From Octopus bimaculoides (lineage: Eukaryota), in assembly GCF_001194135.2 (NCBI RefSeq), contig NC_068981.1, positions 20,407,580 to 20,471,579 on the forward strand: DNA of 64,000 bases. Direction: 5' to 3'. Each line of letters starts with the position of its first letter. The stretch's first letter is position 1. Both the position numbers and the translations under genes were made by a program. The notes under the pieces were generated by a model that had not been told where the DNA came from, did no database searches, and saw only the letters and a program-made list of their open reading frames with translations. This document shows, piece after piece, positions 12,286 through 26,753 of this stretch.

Positions 12286-13879
12286 TATATGTATATGTAG
12301 TATGTACACACACACACACATATCTATATATATATATATGTGTGTGTGTGTATCAATGTCCCAATGTGGAAGGCTTAACAATCGGTGAGAATTCTCAGTA
12401 TGAAACCAATGGTAGTCTTGTTAACCCACAAATAAAGAATATTTATCCACCAAAGTGATGTTGAGCACACATTCTCACTGTTCGATATTAGCGTGTGCAT
12501 ACACATGCATGCGTGTACACACACACACTGGCGTGGCTTTTCTGACCACACAGTTTTGTTTTCAGTCCCACTTTGTGAGACCTTGAGTAAGTGTCTTCTA
12601 CTATATTCTTGTGCTGACTAAAGTTTTTTGAGTGTATTTTGCTGATGGAAAGTGAAAGTTGTGTGTCTGTGTGCATGCATGCATGCAAGTATCACTGTCA
12701 TGAAGTGGTGTTCTTCACTTGCAATCTTCCATGAAAGTATGTCTGGTCAGGTGAGTGTTGGCAACAGGAAAGGTATCTAGCCATAGGAGTTCTGCCTCAA
12801 CAAATCCATCCAACCCATGCAAGCAAGGGTAAGTGGACATTAAAACTATAATGATGATTTCAACATGCATCCAACTGTGACCTGGTCACTGAGAGTAACC
12901 AGGTTATGGTTGGGTGACAATTGACCCAAAAATTAATCAAAAGTGAATTTAACAGTTCTTGCATGATTTTAAATGGCTAGAATGGCTCATCCATAATGTA
13001 CATGCTTCAGTTTCAGCACATGATCTCATATCAGTTCATTAGATAAATATTCCTCTAATATATCTACAAAACACTTAACTGGTTTCAAATTCATATATTT
13101 TAAAATGTAAATAAATCTTCATATTCAGCTTCATTAATTTCTTCTATATTTCTTGTTTGGATTACTAATGATTTTTCTTTCTCTTTTGCTATAATATATA
13201 ATATAATATAATATATTATATATATATATATATATATATNNNNNNNNNNNNNNNNNNNNNNNNNNNNNNNNNNNNNNNNNNNNNNNNNNNNNNNNNNNNN
13301 NNNNNNNNNNNNNNNNNNNNNNNNNNNNNNNNNNNNNNNNNNNNNNNNNNNNNNNNNNNNNNNNNNNNNNNNNNNNNNNNNNNNNNNNNNNNNNNNNNNN
13401 NNNNNNNNNNNNNNNNNNNNNNNNNNNNNNNNNNNNNNNNNNNNNNNNNNNNNNNNNNNNNNNNNNNNNNNNNNNNNNNNNNNNNNNNNNNNNNNNNNNN
13501 NNNNNNNNNNNNNNNNNNNNNNNNNNNNNNNNNNNNNNNNNNNNNNNNNNNNNNNNNNNNNNNNNNNNNNNNNNNNNNNNNNNNNNNNNNNNNNNNNNNN
13601 NNNNNNNNNNNNNNNNNNNNNNNNNNNNNNNNNNNNNNNNNNNNNNNNNNNNNNNNNNNNNNNNNNNNNNNNNNNNNNNNNNNNNNNNNNNNNNNNNNNN
13701 NNNNNNNNNNNNNNNNNNNNNNNNNNNNNNNNNNNNNNNNNNNNNNNNNNNNNNNNNNNNNNNNNNNNNNNNNNNNNNNNNNNNNNNNNNNNNNNNNNNN
13801 NNNNNNNNNNNNNNNNNNNNNNNNNNNNNNNNNNNNNNNNNNNNNNNNNNNNNNNNNNNNNNNNNNNNNNNNNNNNNNN

Positions 13880-14220
13880 GTGTATGCCAGTTGGGAGATA
13901 CTTGTGGTCTTGTAGCGCAGTACTTGAAATTTTTTTGCATTGAACTGCATATTATTTTGCTCTGCCCACTCATATATTGCATTTAGGTCATTCTGCAGGC
14001 TTACAATATCATCAGGATTCTTTATTGCCTGAGATATCTTTGTGTCATCAGCATAGCTAGTGACAGTGGCTCTCCGAGTGACCGTGGGCATGTCCAGAAG
14101 GGCCACTATGAACAGTAGTGGCCCCAGAACAGTTCCTTGTGGAACACCGCTCAATATTTGTGTTTCCCTACATAGTTCTGCATTGGCTGCAACTGTCTGA
14201 CTTCTACCATTCAGGAAGTC
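13880..14220 (-). mobile_element. CR1/L2/Jockey-group LINE reverse transcriptase fragment running into an N gap
   Basis: DFLNGRSQTV...SGVPQGTVLGPLLF...SYADDTKI...LQNDLNAIYEWAEQNNMQFNAKKFQVL, with the YADD motif intact. Confidence 0.9.
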
Positions 14221-14459
14221 ATAACATATATATATATATATATATGGAGAGAGATTTCAATGAGAATTAAACTGACACATCTTTCTCTTCTAACCAAGTA
14301 ACCATGTTAATGCTACAATAAATAGATATAGATGGTTTCATGTACAAATAAAGTGTTTATCAGCCAACAAAGTGTTTGTGATGTGATGTGTCCATCACAT
14401 CATTTATCATGTAGTTTTAAAATAAACAACTATGCTAAACGCTACTGTGATTTTTTGTT

Positions 14460-14534
<75 letters not shown>

Positions 14535-16834
14535 AGGGGGTGCAATGAATATAATCCTTACAGACCGCCAACTTGTCAAACCGATGTAGCCAATGCTTAG
14601 CCTGAACCTCTACTGGTCAATGTCTGCAGGGGAAATGTGAACATGAATAAGCCAAAGGGGCCTTACAAAAGAGAGAATTCCATTAAATGTACTCAAAAAG
14701 TGGATGGTAATGGTATTAAGTAATGTGTTAGGCCTCTCCCCACTTTCCCACCAAAAAGAAAAGAAAGCATTAGACAGCATAAACTAATAAGAATTAACTC
14801 TAAATATATTGCATAAATACATTGTATAAATAACAGTTCAGAATGTTCATATATACATTAATAATCACTTTGCTTCAATAGTCAATTGAAACCTTTGATA
14901 CATGACACCTCTACCTTGCAATGCCTTTCTAATATACTAACATATAAAAACACACTGTAAGTAAATACTATTATTATGTAAGGCCTAATTACAAATAAAG
15001 AAAGGCCTTTAAAAAAGAATTAACTGATATAACTGCCAGAAATATGGTACAAGTGAAACCAGAGACACAGTCTTTGAGGATACATTTGTACTTACAATGA
15101 TAAGCAAAGCATTTTTGAACAATATAATTTAAAATCAGAATTTGTTATAAATTTGGCTTTTGTTCATATTATCATACTTTCTTGATAACATTTTTCTTGA
15201 TTATCCAACTTGGAAAACTACCAATTTTCTGCATAAATTTTATATGCATAAGACTTTTCCTGTTTAAAAGACAAAGAAATTTATTGATAATAAATTTCCC
15301 TTTCATCATGTAAAATGCAAGTGTAAACAAGTAATATGCCATTGAACAGGATAAATAAATTGTTTATCCAGAGAGTGGAATTGAAAAAAACTCAGCAAAC
15401 CATAAACATAATGTTTCAGGTATATTGAACCACCTATTCCAAAGTGTAACAAACCAAAATTATTATCATTAATATCAAAAGAATCATATTAACATAACAA
15501 ATGGTGCTTACAGAAATCATTCATTGATACTTTCAGCTAATCCATATTTTTAAGTGCCTTTTCTTTAATTATTCTTTTTATTATGATGCTAAAATGTTGT
15601 TGTCGTATAAGTAGTTTAATTTTTTTTTTTTGTTTAATTTAGTCTTAAGAAAGAGCTTGTGCTTATAGCCATTGCAGGCTTTCTGAGATTGGTGTGATTA
15701 CTGCCATCAACACCCTTCTAGAACATTTGTATGTTGATGGCTGCAAGAAAGACATGTAACTGAGAGTGATTTGCAAGGGATCAAAGTTATGGAGGAAGTT
15801 ACTGGACATAGTAATTAGTGTATGGACTGGGGTATGTGATCCACTATAGGTGACAAGATTGGGAGAGATGAGTTAAGAAGTATTTAGGTAGAGGTGGCAT
15901 GGCACCAACCAGTTGTGGAGAACTGAGGTCATTGTAGTAGTTGTAAAAAAATGGGCAGAGATGAGCACATCTGTGGGCCAGAGGTTGGAATATATTGGTG
16001 AGTGGCCATTCAGTGTAGTTTGTTTTGTCATATTGAGGATATATGATCACTTGAAGATGTTGTTGTTGTTAAGGCTGCTCAACAAGAGCAGTGGTACAGC
16101 ACAACTGAGGCAGTTATTCTGGTTGCAAAATTTTTAGAGGCACAAAATTTCAAAAGAAAACTATAAAATAGCAATAATGATTTTTAAAAACGGGTGTAGC
16201 CTTCCCAAGGTGCACTGATTCCCAGGCACTGGCTACCCACACAACTTGAATTGACTGGATGTTTGAAACTTCAAGGGCAAACATGGATATGAGAACAGCA
16301 TTTTGGATGAGTTTTGGTTGGGCAATTTACATGCCATTCAGAATATGGCTCAATATCAAAAATGTTGCTCCATTAGAGCCACCAGAATTTGTAATGAATT
16401 TGAGGGTTCCTGTTTCATATCATTTGTGTTTAACAGGTGTACAATAAGGTTTTCTTGATGTGTATAGAGATTGAGTCTGTATTTGGATCATACCAGAGTT
16501 TTTAGTATGTGGCTCAGAGAGAGATCCATCAGTGCACACAACCCTGAAGTAAGATCTGCTGAAAGCCACCAATCCAAGAGACTGATTCTAGTTAAGAAGA
16601 ATATTACAATATTAATAACACTCAAATTAAGCCAATTATCATAGATATAATCCAAGTCAGATAATAAACTTTAGTGAATTTCACAGTTTTAAATTAATGT
16701 CCTTTTTTCCTCTTTTGATTTTCTTATGGTGTGATAATTATAAATAAAGATACAAACATTCAATTGTAGTGTAACCATCACTAAATGCAAATCTAATTCA
16801 AATATAAATATTTTTGTTTGTTTTAAAAATTTAG

Positions 16835-17025
16835 TATTATATTTTGGAGTGAATATGGACTGAAATCTGGAAAAGCTGGTGTTTACCGATGCCACACAAA
16901 CTGCCATCGACATAAGACAGTAATGGCAGAGAAACTACAGTGGCCCAACAGCCTGGTCATCCACAAAAATGAATTGTATGTTGCTGATGGTTTTCATGGT
17001 CGCATTTATGTCATGGATTTCAAAG
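16835..17025 (+). CDS. Exon E: YWTD propeller blades
   Basis: atttag| ... AAAG|gtcagt, phase 2->1. IIFWSEYGLKSGKAGVYRCHTNCHRHKTVMAEKLQWPNSLVIHKNELYVADGFHGRIYVMDFK contains FWSE, LQWPNSL and LYVAD motifs. This frame is missing from the ORF track. Confidence 0.92.
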
Positions 17026-17934
17026 GTCAGTTTATTGTCAATATGTCTTCTTCATGATTACATAAAAAAAAAAACTAATGTAATAAGAGTGAACCCTCCT
17101 ACAGACATTCTCTTTGCTGTGCTTCTCTTGCCATTTAGTTCCAATCAAAGTTCACTGTGAGACGTTTCTTTTCAATCTGAGGATGAGAGGAAAAGCAGTG
17201 CCCAAAGCTTACATTTTCTTTTTTAGATTTTTTTTGTCAGTTCAGTTTTTGTATAAAACTTCCTTCCACCCCACTATTTCTGGATTGCCTTTCCTCTCTC
17301 TTCTTTCACATAGTCACTTAACCTGTTACATTTAACAGTAGAATTCCTGGCAAACCACACGTTACCATTTTACAACAAATTGAACTGTGCAATCCTGGAT
17401 ACAATGTCAAAAACTGGGATGATAATGGCTTAAATGCCTTGATCACCGGTCTACTGGATAAGGACTGGTCTAGGGCTAAACAAACAACAATAACAGCAAC
17501 AATAACTTGCTGTTGTTATTGAGATTTCAGGAATTAATTTTCATTTTTACCAATAAGAGAGCTATTTCATGGGCATTTGACCAAATAGAAATAGTGACCT
17601 TAACCCTTACAAATTACCTCCTACCATCTTAAAAAGAAAGGAGACATTACACAATGTAGTCTCGAAGTTGAATATGAGAGGAATCAAATGTAATGTGCAA
17701 AAAATATTACTGCACTTGTATGGATATGTGATGCATAAGGAGGATGCTAGAAATACTAAATCCTTGAACTGGATGGAATCTGTGATAAAGGAGATTTAGG
17801 AAAACTCAAGAGAAAGAAATGACGACCGATCTTAAGAAGTCAAACCGGAAGAAGGAAATAAAAAGAACCATGATGATTGGCAACACATGGTGCTGGAAGT
17901 GAACCACCCACTGGTACAATATTGTTGTGAGGAG

Positions 17935-18150
17935 GGCAGCGAGCTGGCAGAATCATTAGCACGCCGGGCGAAACGCTTAGTAGTATTTCATCTGCCATTA
18001 CGTTCCGAGTTCAAATTCTGCCAAGGTCAACTTTGCCTTTCATTCTTTCAGGGTCAGTTAAATAGTTACTAGTTTCACACTGGGGTCAATGTAATCAACT
18101 TAATCCCTTTGTCCTTATTTGTCCCCTCTATGTGGGCAATAAAGAAATAA
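17935..18150 (+). mobile_element. tRNA-derived SINE copy
   Basis: gagctggcagaatcattagcacgccgggcgaaacgcttag...gttcaaattc...caataaagaaata. The tail is followed by a 36-bp tandem duplication. Confidence 0.8.
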
Positions 18151-20484
18151 ATATTGTTGGTAAAAGAATGGGCAATAAAGAAATAAATATTGTTGTTGAA
18201 AGAATGGTAGTTGTTTTTCTCACCCATTACATGCCTATTAGCCTTTTTCTTCTGCCCACTCTGTTACCTTTTCTTCTATCAGTCACCCCCTGTCCTAGTC
18301 TCTGTTTCATGTTGTCTGTGTAATGAGGGATAGCATTTGATCTATCCATATCCAATCCCTCTACTTCTTTCCACCTTCATCTATCTACCACTGTACCTGC
18401 TTCCATTATAACATCTGCATAATGAAGAATAGTATTAGATCAGTCTTTATTCAGTACCCCTTGCCACAATCCCTCATGGGATTTTTCATTGTCTTTTACC
18501 ACTCTCACCTTCACTCATCCCTATTGTTATTCCTCATTTGCTCTTTCTTACTACACCCCACCTTTAATGCTATCCTATCAGGCTTGCCATAGAGTTTTCT
18601 ATTCAATCTCCTCATCAACAACCAATATGTTGCAATCAGTGTCTCCTCTTACCATCCTTTCACTCATATCACTCTACTCCTCCCTATCACACTCATATTC
18701 ATACTTTCTCTTCTTTCACTGACATGGCCATCACCCACTTCTGTTCACACTTTCAGTCATGTCTACCTCGAAAAAGTGGAGACAACCTCGAACAGATAGA
18801 TTTTTTAAGACTGGCAGAGTGCAAGGCAACCACTCTAGAAAGAGCAAGAGAAAAATAGCAATAGAAATGGGTATGGTTGAAAGAGGTAGATATCAATGAA
18901 GAATCGAATGAAGGAGACAGATGGTGAGTAGTAAAGGAAGAGGACAATAGAGGGATCTGAATAAGGACTGGTCTGAAGCTATTCTGCATTCTACCATGAG
19001 AAAATGCATCCATTACACTCTGCAAAGTGGTTGGCAATTGAAGGAAGATATTGTGGAATAGAGAGAACTTTAACCTCATTGGGGACATGAACAATCTGTC
19101 TAGTGCTTGTGCTTTGATAAAATGCATTCAGTACACTGAATAAGGGAGTGAGTATTAGAAAGGCTACCCAGCTGTAGAAAGTAGTCCAAAAAATGGAATA
19201 TACAAGTAAGACAGTCCTCCAGCCCATTTAGAAGAGCATTAACTCTGAATACCAGCTAACTTGGACTGTTACCTCACATCCAACTCATGCCAACATGGTC
19301 AACATGTAAAATAGTGATGATAGCTATTACTATTATGCTTGCATGTTTGTATAGCTATGTACCTATGTTTCCACATTTGAGTTAATTACATACCTATATT
19401 TTGTACGTCTACCTACCTTTGCACGTTTGAATAACTATTTACCTATGTTTCTATATATGTATAGCATTGAATCTTATGTTTGTATTGATAATTATGTACA
19501 TACATTTATATTTCTATGTAATTATGTGTCGATACATGTATGTTTGTAATGCAAAAGTAGCTGATGGTGCAGTGTTACTGTGTGTTTGAATGTGAAGATT
19601 TAAAATGGACAAATATACAGGAAATAAGTATTGCAATATTTAAAATATTGATTAAATTTTTCATTTGTATATTTTTAAAGTGGATAAAATTAAAACTTTA
19701 AATGGGGATTATTTTAAAGAGAATTAAATTCTTTCCTCGTGATAGATTTTAATAAAATAAGATTTCTCTTAAAAATAATAATAAATAATAACAATAACAA
19801 CAACAACAACATCAGTATTAATAACAAGAAGAATGGTAATTGTAAGGCAGAATCATTAGTGAATCAGATGAAATTTTTAGCAGCATTTCTTCCAGCTCTT
19901 TACATTCTGAGTTCAAATTCTAACAAGGACCACTCTGCCTTTCATCCTTTCAGGATCAATAAAATAAGCACTAGTTATGTACTGGGGTCAATGTAATAGA
20001 CTAGCCCCTCATTCCACAGAACTTGCTGGCCTTATGTCAAAATTTGAAATTGTTATCATCATCATTATTATTATTATTCATTATTAAGGCGACAAACTGG
20101 CAGAATCATTAGTGTGCTGTATAAAATGCTTAGCGGTATTTCGCCTGTTGCTACGTTCTGAGTTTAAATTCCATCGAGGTCAATTTTGTCTTTCATCCTT
20201 TTGGGGTCAATAAATTAAGTACCAGTGAAATACTGGGGTTGATGTAATCGACTTGTCCCATCCCCCAAAATTTCAGGCCTTGTGCCTATAGTAGAAAGGA
20301 TTATTATTACTATTATTATTATCATTATTATTATTATTATTATTGTTGTTGTTGTTGTTGTTGTTTTATTTCTCAGAGTGCTCAGTCTTGTTTGTTCTGG
20401 TTTGTTCTGTGAGAGCAGGCAGCAGCCTGTTGTCAGAGGTCTCACAGGGTCTCTTTCCATGCATTATAATCTTTGATAATTGAT

Positions 20485-21035
20485 TGTTAATTATTGTGGA
20501 AGACATCCAACATCTAAAAGCAGTCTTAAAATCCTAGCTGTCCCCAACAGAGCAGTTTTTTGAGCTTGCTCTGCTCTCATGTCAATTCTGATTTCTCTGA
20601 AATATTTCTTGAACTTGGTGGTTAGTGCTCTGAGTGCCCCTGCAGTTACTTGGATGACAAACACTCTCCTCATAGTTCACATTCTTGCAATTTCGTCCTT
20701 TAGTAGCCTGTACTTTTCAATCTTTTCTAGTTCTTTGTCATTTATGTGTGCATCCTCAAGTACTGCAATGTCTATAATCTTGGTTTCTAGTTTTCCTTTA
20801 TCAACCACAACACTGTCTGGTCTCCAAGCATTAATTAGGGAGTCACATTGGATTGTAAAATCCCACTGTATCTTGTATTCATTGTTCCCAGGGACTCCTT
20901 CTGGTTCATGTTTGTACCATTTCCATGCTCTGTCCAGGCTGTACTTTTCACATAGTCTCCAGTGAACAAACTTAGCCACATTATCATGCCTCCTTTTGTA
21001 GTGTTTTTCTCCCAGCTTACTGCACACTCTCAAAG
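20485..21035 (-). mobile_element. Dong/R4-like non-LTR retrotransposon 3' fragment (restriction-like endonuclease)
   Basis: YKRRHDNVAKFVHWRLC..WYKHEP...IQWDFTIQCD...RPD...IIDIAV...KELEKIEKY, then AQKTALLGTARILR. Flanked by (TTA)n/(TTG)n arrays. Confidence 0.88.
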
Positions 21036-21057
21036 ATTGTTTTGTTTATATGTGAGA

Positions 21058-21109
<52 letters not shown>

Positions 21110-24100
21110 GCAAATAACATTGAAAAACTGTATACTTAAGACAAGAAGTTGGCAAGGGACTAGTATGTGTCAGAGAACAGTTTAAGAAAGTAGCTATTAA
21201 TGTTGCCCAAATCATATCAATTCCCAAGAAAGCCTGTTGTTACTTATCTTCAATTCTTAAATTCTATCTTTTCATTTTATCTAGACAGGTAGTGTGTTAA
21301 ATTTGATTTAGAGAAAATACAATCATATCCCACTTTCCTGGCTAAGACTCAGCAAAGTTGTTACATTATTCCACTCCTTCAATATAGTTATTGTCCCATG
21401 GTAGTGTGTGAGGTTTGAAGATGATACTACCCTACTGCAGTATTCAGATAGCAGAATCTTTCATAAATAGGATAAAGTATTCCAAAACTGCAATGTATGC
21501 TTGTTTTTTGTGTTGTTTATTGAAAGGACTACTGGTTGGATGTGAGCTAGATTATTGTTGTTGTCATCAACGTTGCTGTCATCACCATCAACCAGGAACT
21601 ATGACCTTTTATTCAAAAATAGTCTCAGACTACAATACCTGTTATGTCCTTCCTTTTATTTAAAGACAATAGGGTATAACTTCAGTCTGTGCTCGACCCA
21701 AAGAGAAATACTGCAGAATGACATATCTCACAAACCAACCACACTTATTGATATCGTCCAGGAATCTCCACATTTCTGCACACTATCAGGCTTATGTCTC
21801 TTGCAGCATATAGATCTTATAATGATGATGATGATGACAATGACGATGATAACAATGGCAGTGGTTTATAATTAAGGCACAAGGCCAGCAATTTTGAGGG
21901 AAGACAATTAGTCAATGCTGTCAACCCCACTACATGACTGATAATTTTGGCCCTGGAGGAATGAGGGGGAAAGCCTACCTTGGGAAAAATTTGAACTCAG
22001 AATATAGTGCTGAAACTAGATACCACAAGGTATTTTGTCCAACTCGCTAGCAGTCTTGCCATTTAATAAAGATATTTTCCACTATAGGCACAAAGTCTGA
22101 AATTTTGTGGGAAGGGCTTAGTCAATTATATTGTCCCCAGTGCTTGATCAATACTTATTTCATTGACCCAAAAGGAGGAAAGGCAAAGACAACCTCAGCA
22201 GAATTTGAACTCAGAACACAAAGACTGACAAACTGTCACTAAGCATTTTATCTGACATGCAAACAATTCTGCCAGTACGCCACCTTAATAATAATAATGA
22301 GAATACTAATAATAATAATGGTTTCAAATTTTGGCACAGAGCCAGCAATTTCAGGGGAGGGGTTAAGTCAACTACATCAACCTCAGTGTTCAACTGGTAA
22401 TTATGTTATCAATCCTGACAGGATCATGGCAGCATTTGAACACAGAATGTAAAGACAAGAAACACAGCTAAGCATTTTGTCCGGCTTGCAAACAATTCTG
22501 CCAGCACACCACCTTAATAATAATAATGATAATAATAATAATAATAATAATAATGATCCTTTCTGCTAAAGGCACAAGGCCTGAAATTTGGGAGGAGGAG
22601 AGTAGTTGATTACATCGATCCCAGTGTTTCACTGGTACTTAATTCATTGGCCCCAAAAGGATGAAAGGCAAAGTCGATCTTAGCAGAATTTGAACTCAGA
22701 ACATGGCGATGGGCAAAAAACCACTAAGCATTTCGTCTAGCATGCTAATGATTCTGTCAGCTCACCGCCTTATAATAACAATAACAATAAATGCCCTGAT
22801 GCAGTACCAGGCAGTGGCTCTCATGGCTTCTGATCTTAACTGATTGGAAGCGTTATCATGTACATTGTTTTGTCTTGGTATAAAAGATGGGTTACAGCAA
22901 ATATTCTGCTCAGTATCACAGATTTGCTTTTCAGTTGTTTCACCTCAACCAGTTGAGCATGTCCCTTAGTGGCTGATGATATATGCACCTCTGATCACAA
23001 GCAGTAGTTGGGGGGACTATAGCTATGTGTTGAAAAGAATTCTTTGGGGTTTGGATAATTCACCTTTGGAAACATGGGTGTTTCGTTCAACATCCTTCAG
23101 CAACCCTTATTCAGGGACCTTTTGAGTGGGATAGGCTACTCAACCTGAAGAAAATTCTAATTGGGCCCCCACCTGCAAGGTCATGCACTGTTTATCTTGA
23201 CATGAGATCACCGTGTCACACACATATGGTTATGTTGCATGTGCCTGGTGTACCCTTATCAGATGAGTAGTCATGATAGGTATACTGGGTCTTGTATATT
23301 TTACCCCAGTGTCACTTTGATGGCATGCATTGCTCTCTCACTCAGTATAAACAATGGCAACATTAACAAGCCCTCCTACTATTTCTGTTCATTCATTACA
23401 TACCCTTTCCTTCTCCTCTCACTCTCCCTTTCCAATCCTTGCTCTCACTTCACTTATACCTCCCTGTAACTTGAATGTACCCCACTCCATCACATCGTTA
23501 TTGTCTTCCCTCTCCCTTCTCTCACTCTCTCGCTCTTCTTTCTCCTCTCACTCTCTCTCCTTCTGAGGTAGTCATATATCTCCTTTACTGCAAGATGACA
23601 ATCTCTGTCCCCTTACTCATACTCTAGCCTCTCATCTGACCAAAAACTGCTTCTGTCAATACTACTCCCCCACTCATTTGAGGGATCTTGTCTCACAAGT
23701 CACTCAGTGACCTCACTGCTGCTGGCACCTCTTAAAAAGAACATAGTGCACTTTATAAAGTGGTTGGTGTTAAGAAGGACAACCAGCTGTAGAAACTATG
23801 CCAAAGCAGACAGTAGAGCTTGGTGTGATCTTCTGACTTGCCAGCTCCTGTCAAACCGTTCAACCCATGCCAATATGGAAAATGGACGTTAAATGATTAT
23901 GGCGGTGGTGATGGTGGTGGTGGTGGTACTGCTGCTGCTGCTGGGTGGTAGTGGTGCTGGTGGTGGTGGTGGTGGTGGTGCTGCTGCTGCTGCTGCTGCT
24001 GCTGAGTGGTGGTGGTGCTGGTGGCGGCATTGGCGGCGGCAGTTATTATTATTATCATTATTATTATTATAGTTATGTGGAAACATGTGAAAATAAATCT

Positions 24101-24411
24101 TTAATCTCTTTAGCATTTCTAGAAAGATTTCAGTAATGAGCAGCTGATTATTTACTGAGATAAGTAGAGATGAATAAACAAGTTTTATAGCTGAGATTAT
24201 TCCTCTGACACACAACATACAAACTTCTGTCGATGTGAATTAATTCCAGCTGAAGTAACCATAGTTTTCAACTTTTCCGAAAATGCAAACAAAGCATTGG
24301 AAAGGATTTGTGTACAGAGTCTTAACCAGTCCATTTAACTGAATACTTCTTGTCAAATTAATAGCCACTATGGAAAATGATTAGTGATATGAAAGACATT
24401 TAGCTGTAAAA

Positions 24412-24995
24412 GGTATTGTGGTTAAGAAGCTCATTTTGCAATCACATAGTTTCAGGTTCAGTCTCATTGCGCTACACCTTGGGCATGTATCTGCTACTAT
24501 AGCCCTGGACCAACCAAAGCCTAGTGAGTGAGTTTGGTAGATAGAAACTGTGTTGGCGAGCTAGCAGAAACGTTAGCATGCAGGGTGAAATGCTTAGCGG
24601 TATTTCGTCTGCTGTTATATTCTGAGTTCAAATTCCGCCATGGTCGACTTTGCCTTTCATCCTTTCGGGCTCGATAAATTAAGTGCCAGTTACGCACTGG
24701 GGTCGATGTGATCGACTTAATCCCTTTGTCTGTCCTTGTTTGTCCCCTCTGTGTTTAGCCCCTTGTGGGCAATAAAGAAATAAGAAACTGTGTAGAAGCC
24801 GGTTGTATATGTGTGTCTTTGCATTTGTTTTTTTCCCCAACCACAGCTTGACAACTGGTTTTGGCTTGTATGTATACCCTGTAACTTAGCAATTCAGCAG
24901 AAGAGACCAGACTAAAACAATATGTACTGGGGTCAGTATTTGTTGAAGGAAACCCTTCAAGACAGGGCCCCATCATGGTTGCAGTCCAATGACTA
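24412..24995 (+). mobile_element. Nested SINEs: younger SINE (24554-24782) inserted into an older tRNA-derived SINE
   Basis: 11-bp TSD agaaactgtgt at 24543-24553 and 24783-24793. The host sequence resumes after the insert (agaagcc..gtatatgtgtg). Confidence 0.85.
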
Positions 24996-25261
24996 AAATA
25001 TTTATAAGCGTTAACTAGTTTTTGTGTGTGCCTGATGAACGAGAACCATGATGGGTAGCACATGCTGGGAGACCCATCCAACCAACGTCTGCATGAACAA
25101 ATAGACATGGTGGTGGTGGTGATAATGATGAGGACTACTACTACTACTCTCACCACATTGCTATATTTTTGAAGTTCAGTCAGAGATTTTCTTTTCAGAT
25201 TCTGCTTCTAAATTTGATTGACATGATTAGAACTGCATCCATTCTTTATTCTTACATTCAG

Positions 25262-25468
25262 GTGGCAAAAGAAGAGAACTCTTGTATTTATCCAAGAGTA
25301 TGGATCACATTTTCGGCCTTCAAATCTATGAACACTTGCTGTTCTACAGTCGCTGGTATGAACCAAGTGTCCACATGGTTGACATGATAACTGGTAAAGA
25401 TGAAATATTTATTGATCACCTCACTCAGCCAACTGCTATCGTAGTTCACCATCCGTCCAATATAAACG
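25262..25468 (+). CDS. Exon F: final blades of second YWTD propeller
   Basis: cattcag| ... AACG|gtaagt, phase 1-1. GGKRRELLYLSKSMDHIFGLQIYEHLLFYSRWYEPSVHMVDMITGKDEIFIDHLTQPTAIVVHHPSNIN contains HIFGL and PTAIVVHHP motifs. Confidence 0.92.
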
Positions 25469-26633
25469 GTAAGTAATCATTACTCTGTAAGTCCTCTGAT
25501 ACTCATGTTAGGGAATGAAATTAAGTTAAAACTCCTTTACTTGTGAGGTTCAATAATAAATAACAATAGAAGATTATTACACAGTTTTCAAATGTTCTGA
25601 AAGATTCCATAATTCTTCAACTACCTGCATGACCGTACTCCGACACACACTCCCATCAACACATGCTCCTACATGCATACAGTGTATTTATCTATTGCCT
25701 ATAGTTAATATAAAGTGTTGGGGGTTAATACGTAGAGAAGCTAAGTTATACCTTATTCACCACACATGTTTATATCAGCCTAATTCTATCACAGCAGAAT
25801 GGCTAACCTCTTCTGTTATACCAAGCTGACAGTATTAATTTTGACAGTTCTGTCATATAGTGGCTTCAGCACTTTTGGTGAACCTTACATAGAAAACATT
25901 AGGTTATATAAATCGTTCTTCACAGCCAATAACCACCAATACTAACACTCTTAACATCACAACCAATTATATTTACTTATTTTTGCAGAGGGAAAAAAAA
26001 AATTACTAAATAATAACGGTTTAACAGCTTCTGCTTCTTTTACAGAACACATTAAATCAGTATTGTTCCTCGGACCCTCAGGGAATGTACTTACTTCTGA
26101 TGTTTCTTGCCACAGGTTTCCTTCATATCATTTCCATATCCTTCAGTCTTACAGCCTCAGGTTACTAATCTATCTTCTCACAACAATAAATTACTTTTAC
26201 CAATGATCTACCAACTTGAGATTTACCAAAATCTTTTATGCTTACTTTCACAATCCAGCAACAGCAACATCTTTTGCAGTTTTATTTCACCTTATTCTTC
26301 AGTCTTTAATAGTATAGAGCAGAGATAAGCTTCCAGTGAGCCAAGTCTATAACCTGGTTTTGATCTTTGGCTTTACCTCACATCACTACCTTACAAAGGC
26401 ATGAACATCATGCAATCTCATCTCCCCTGCCTAATAAATCTGAGAAGTAAATAATAAATGAAAATCAATAATTACTCTAAGACTGTTCGATCATAGTGTA
26501 CATGAAACATTTTTTTTTTTCTGGATGCCATCAGCAACAGACCAAAACTAACATAACCCATCACCACCATCACCAGTCTTGATATAATTACATCCATTTT
26601 CTGGTCTCCAAACTCTCATTCTTATGCTTTCAG

Positions 26634-26753
26634 AGAGCAGTTTTTGCAACACAGATAAAAATGACTGCAAAGGTATGTGTGTCCCAGTGCCACATAACTA
26701 TCACTGTACCTGTGACCCTGGATATCAATTAACTGAAGAGAAATGTATAAAAT
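26634..26753 (+). CDS. Exon G: EGF-like module
   Basis: ctttcag| ... AAAT|gtaagt, phase 1-1. ESSFCNTDKNDCKGMCVPVPHNYHCTCDPGYQLTEEKCIK has 6 Cys and a CxCxxGY motif. Confidence 0.93.

Noticed and set aside
15640-16600. GC-elevated unique segment with two minus-strand acceptor-like sites
   Set aside because: Longest frame from an acceptor is about 55 codons with no recognisable motif. I could not build a coding model.
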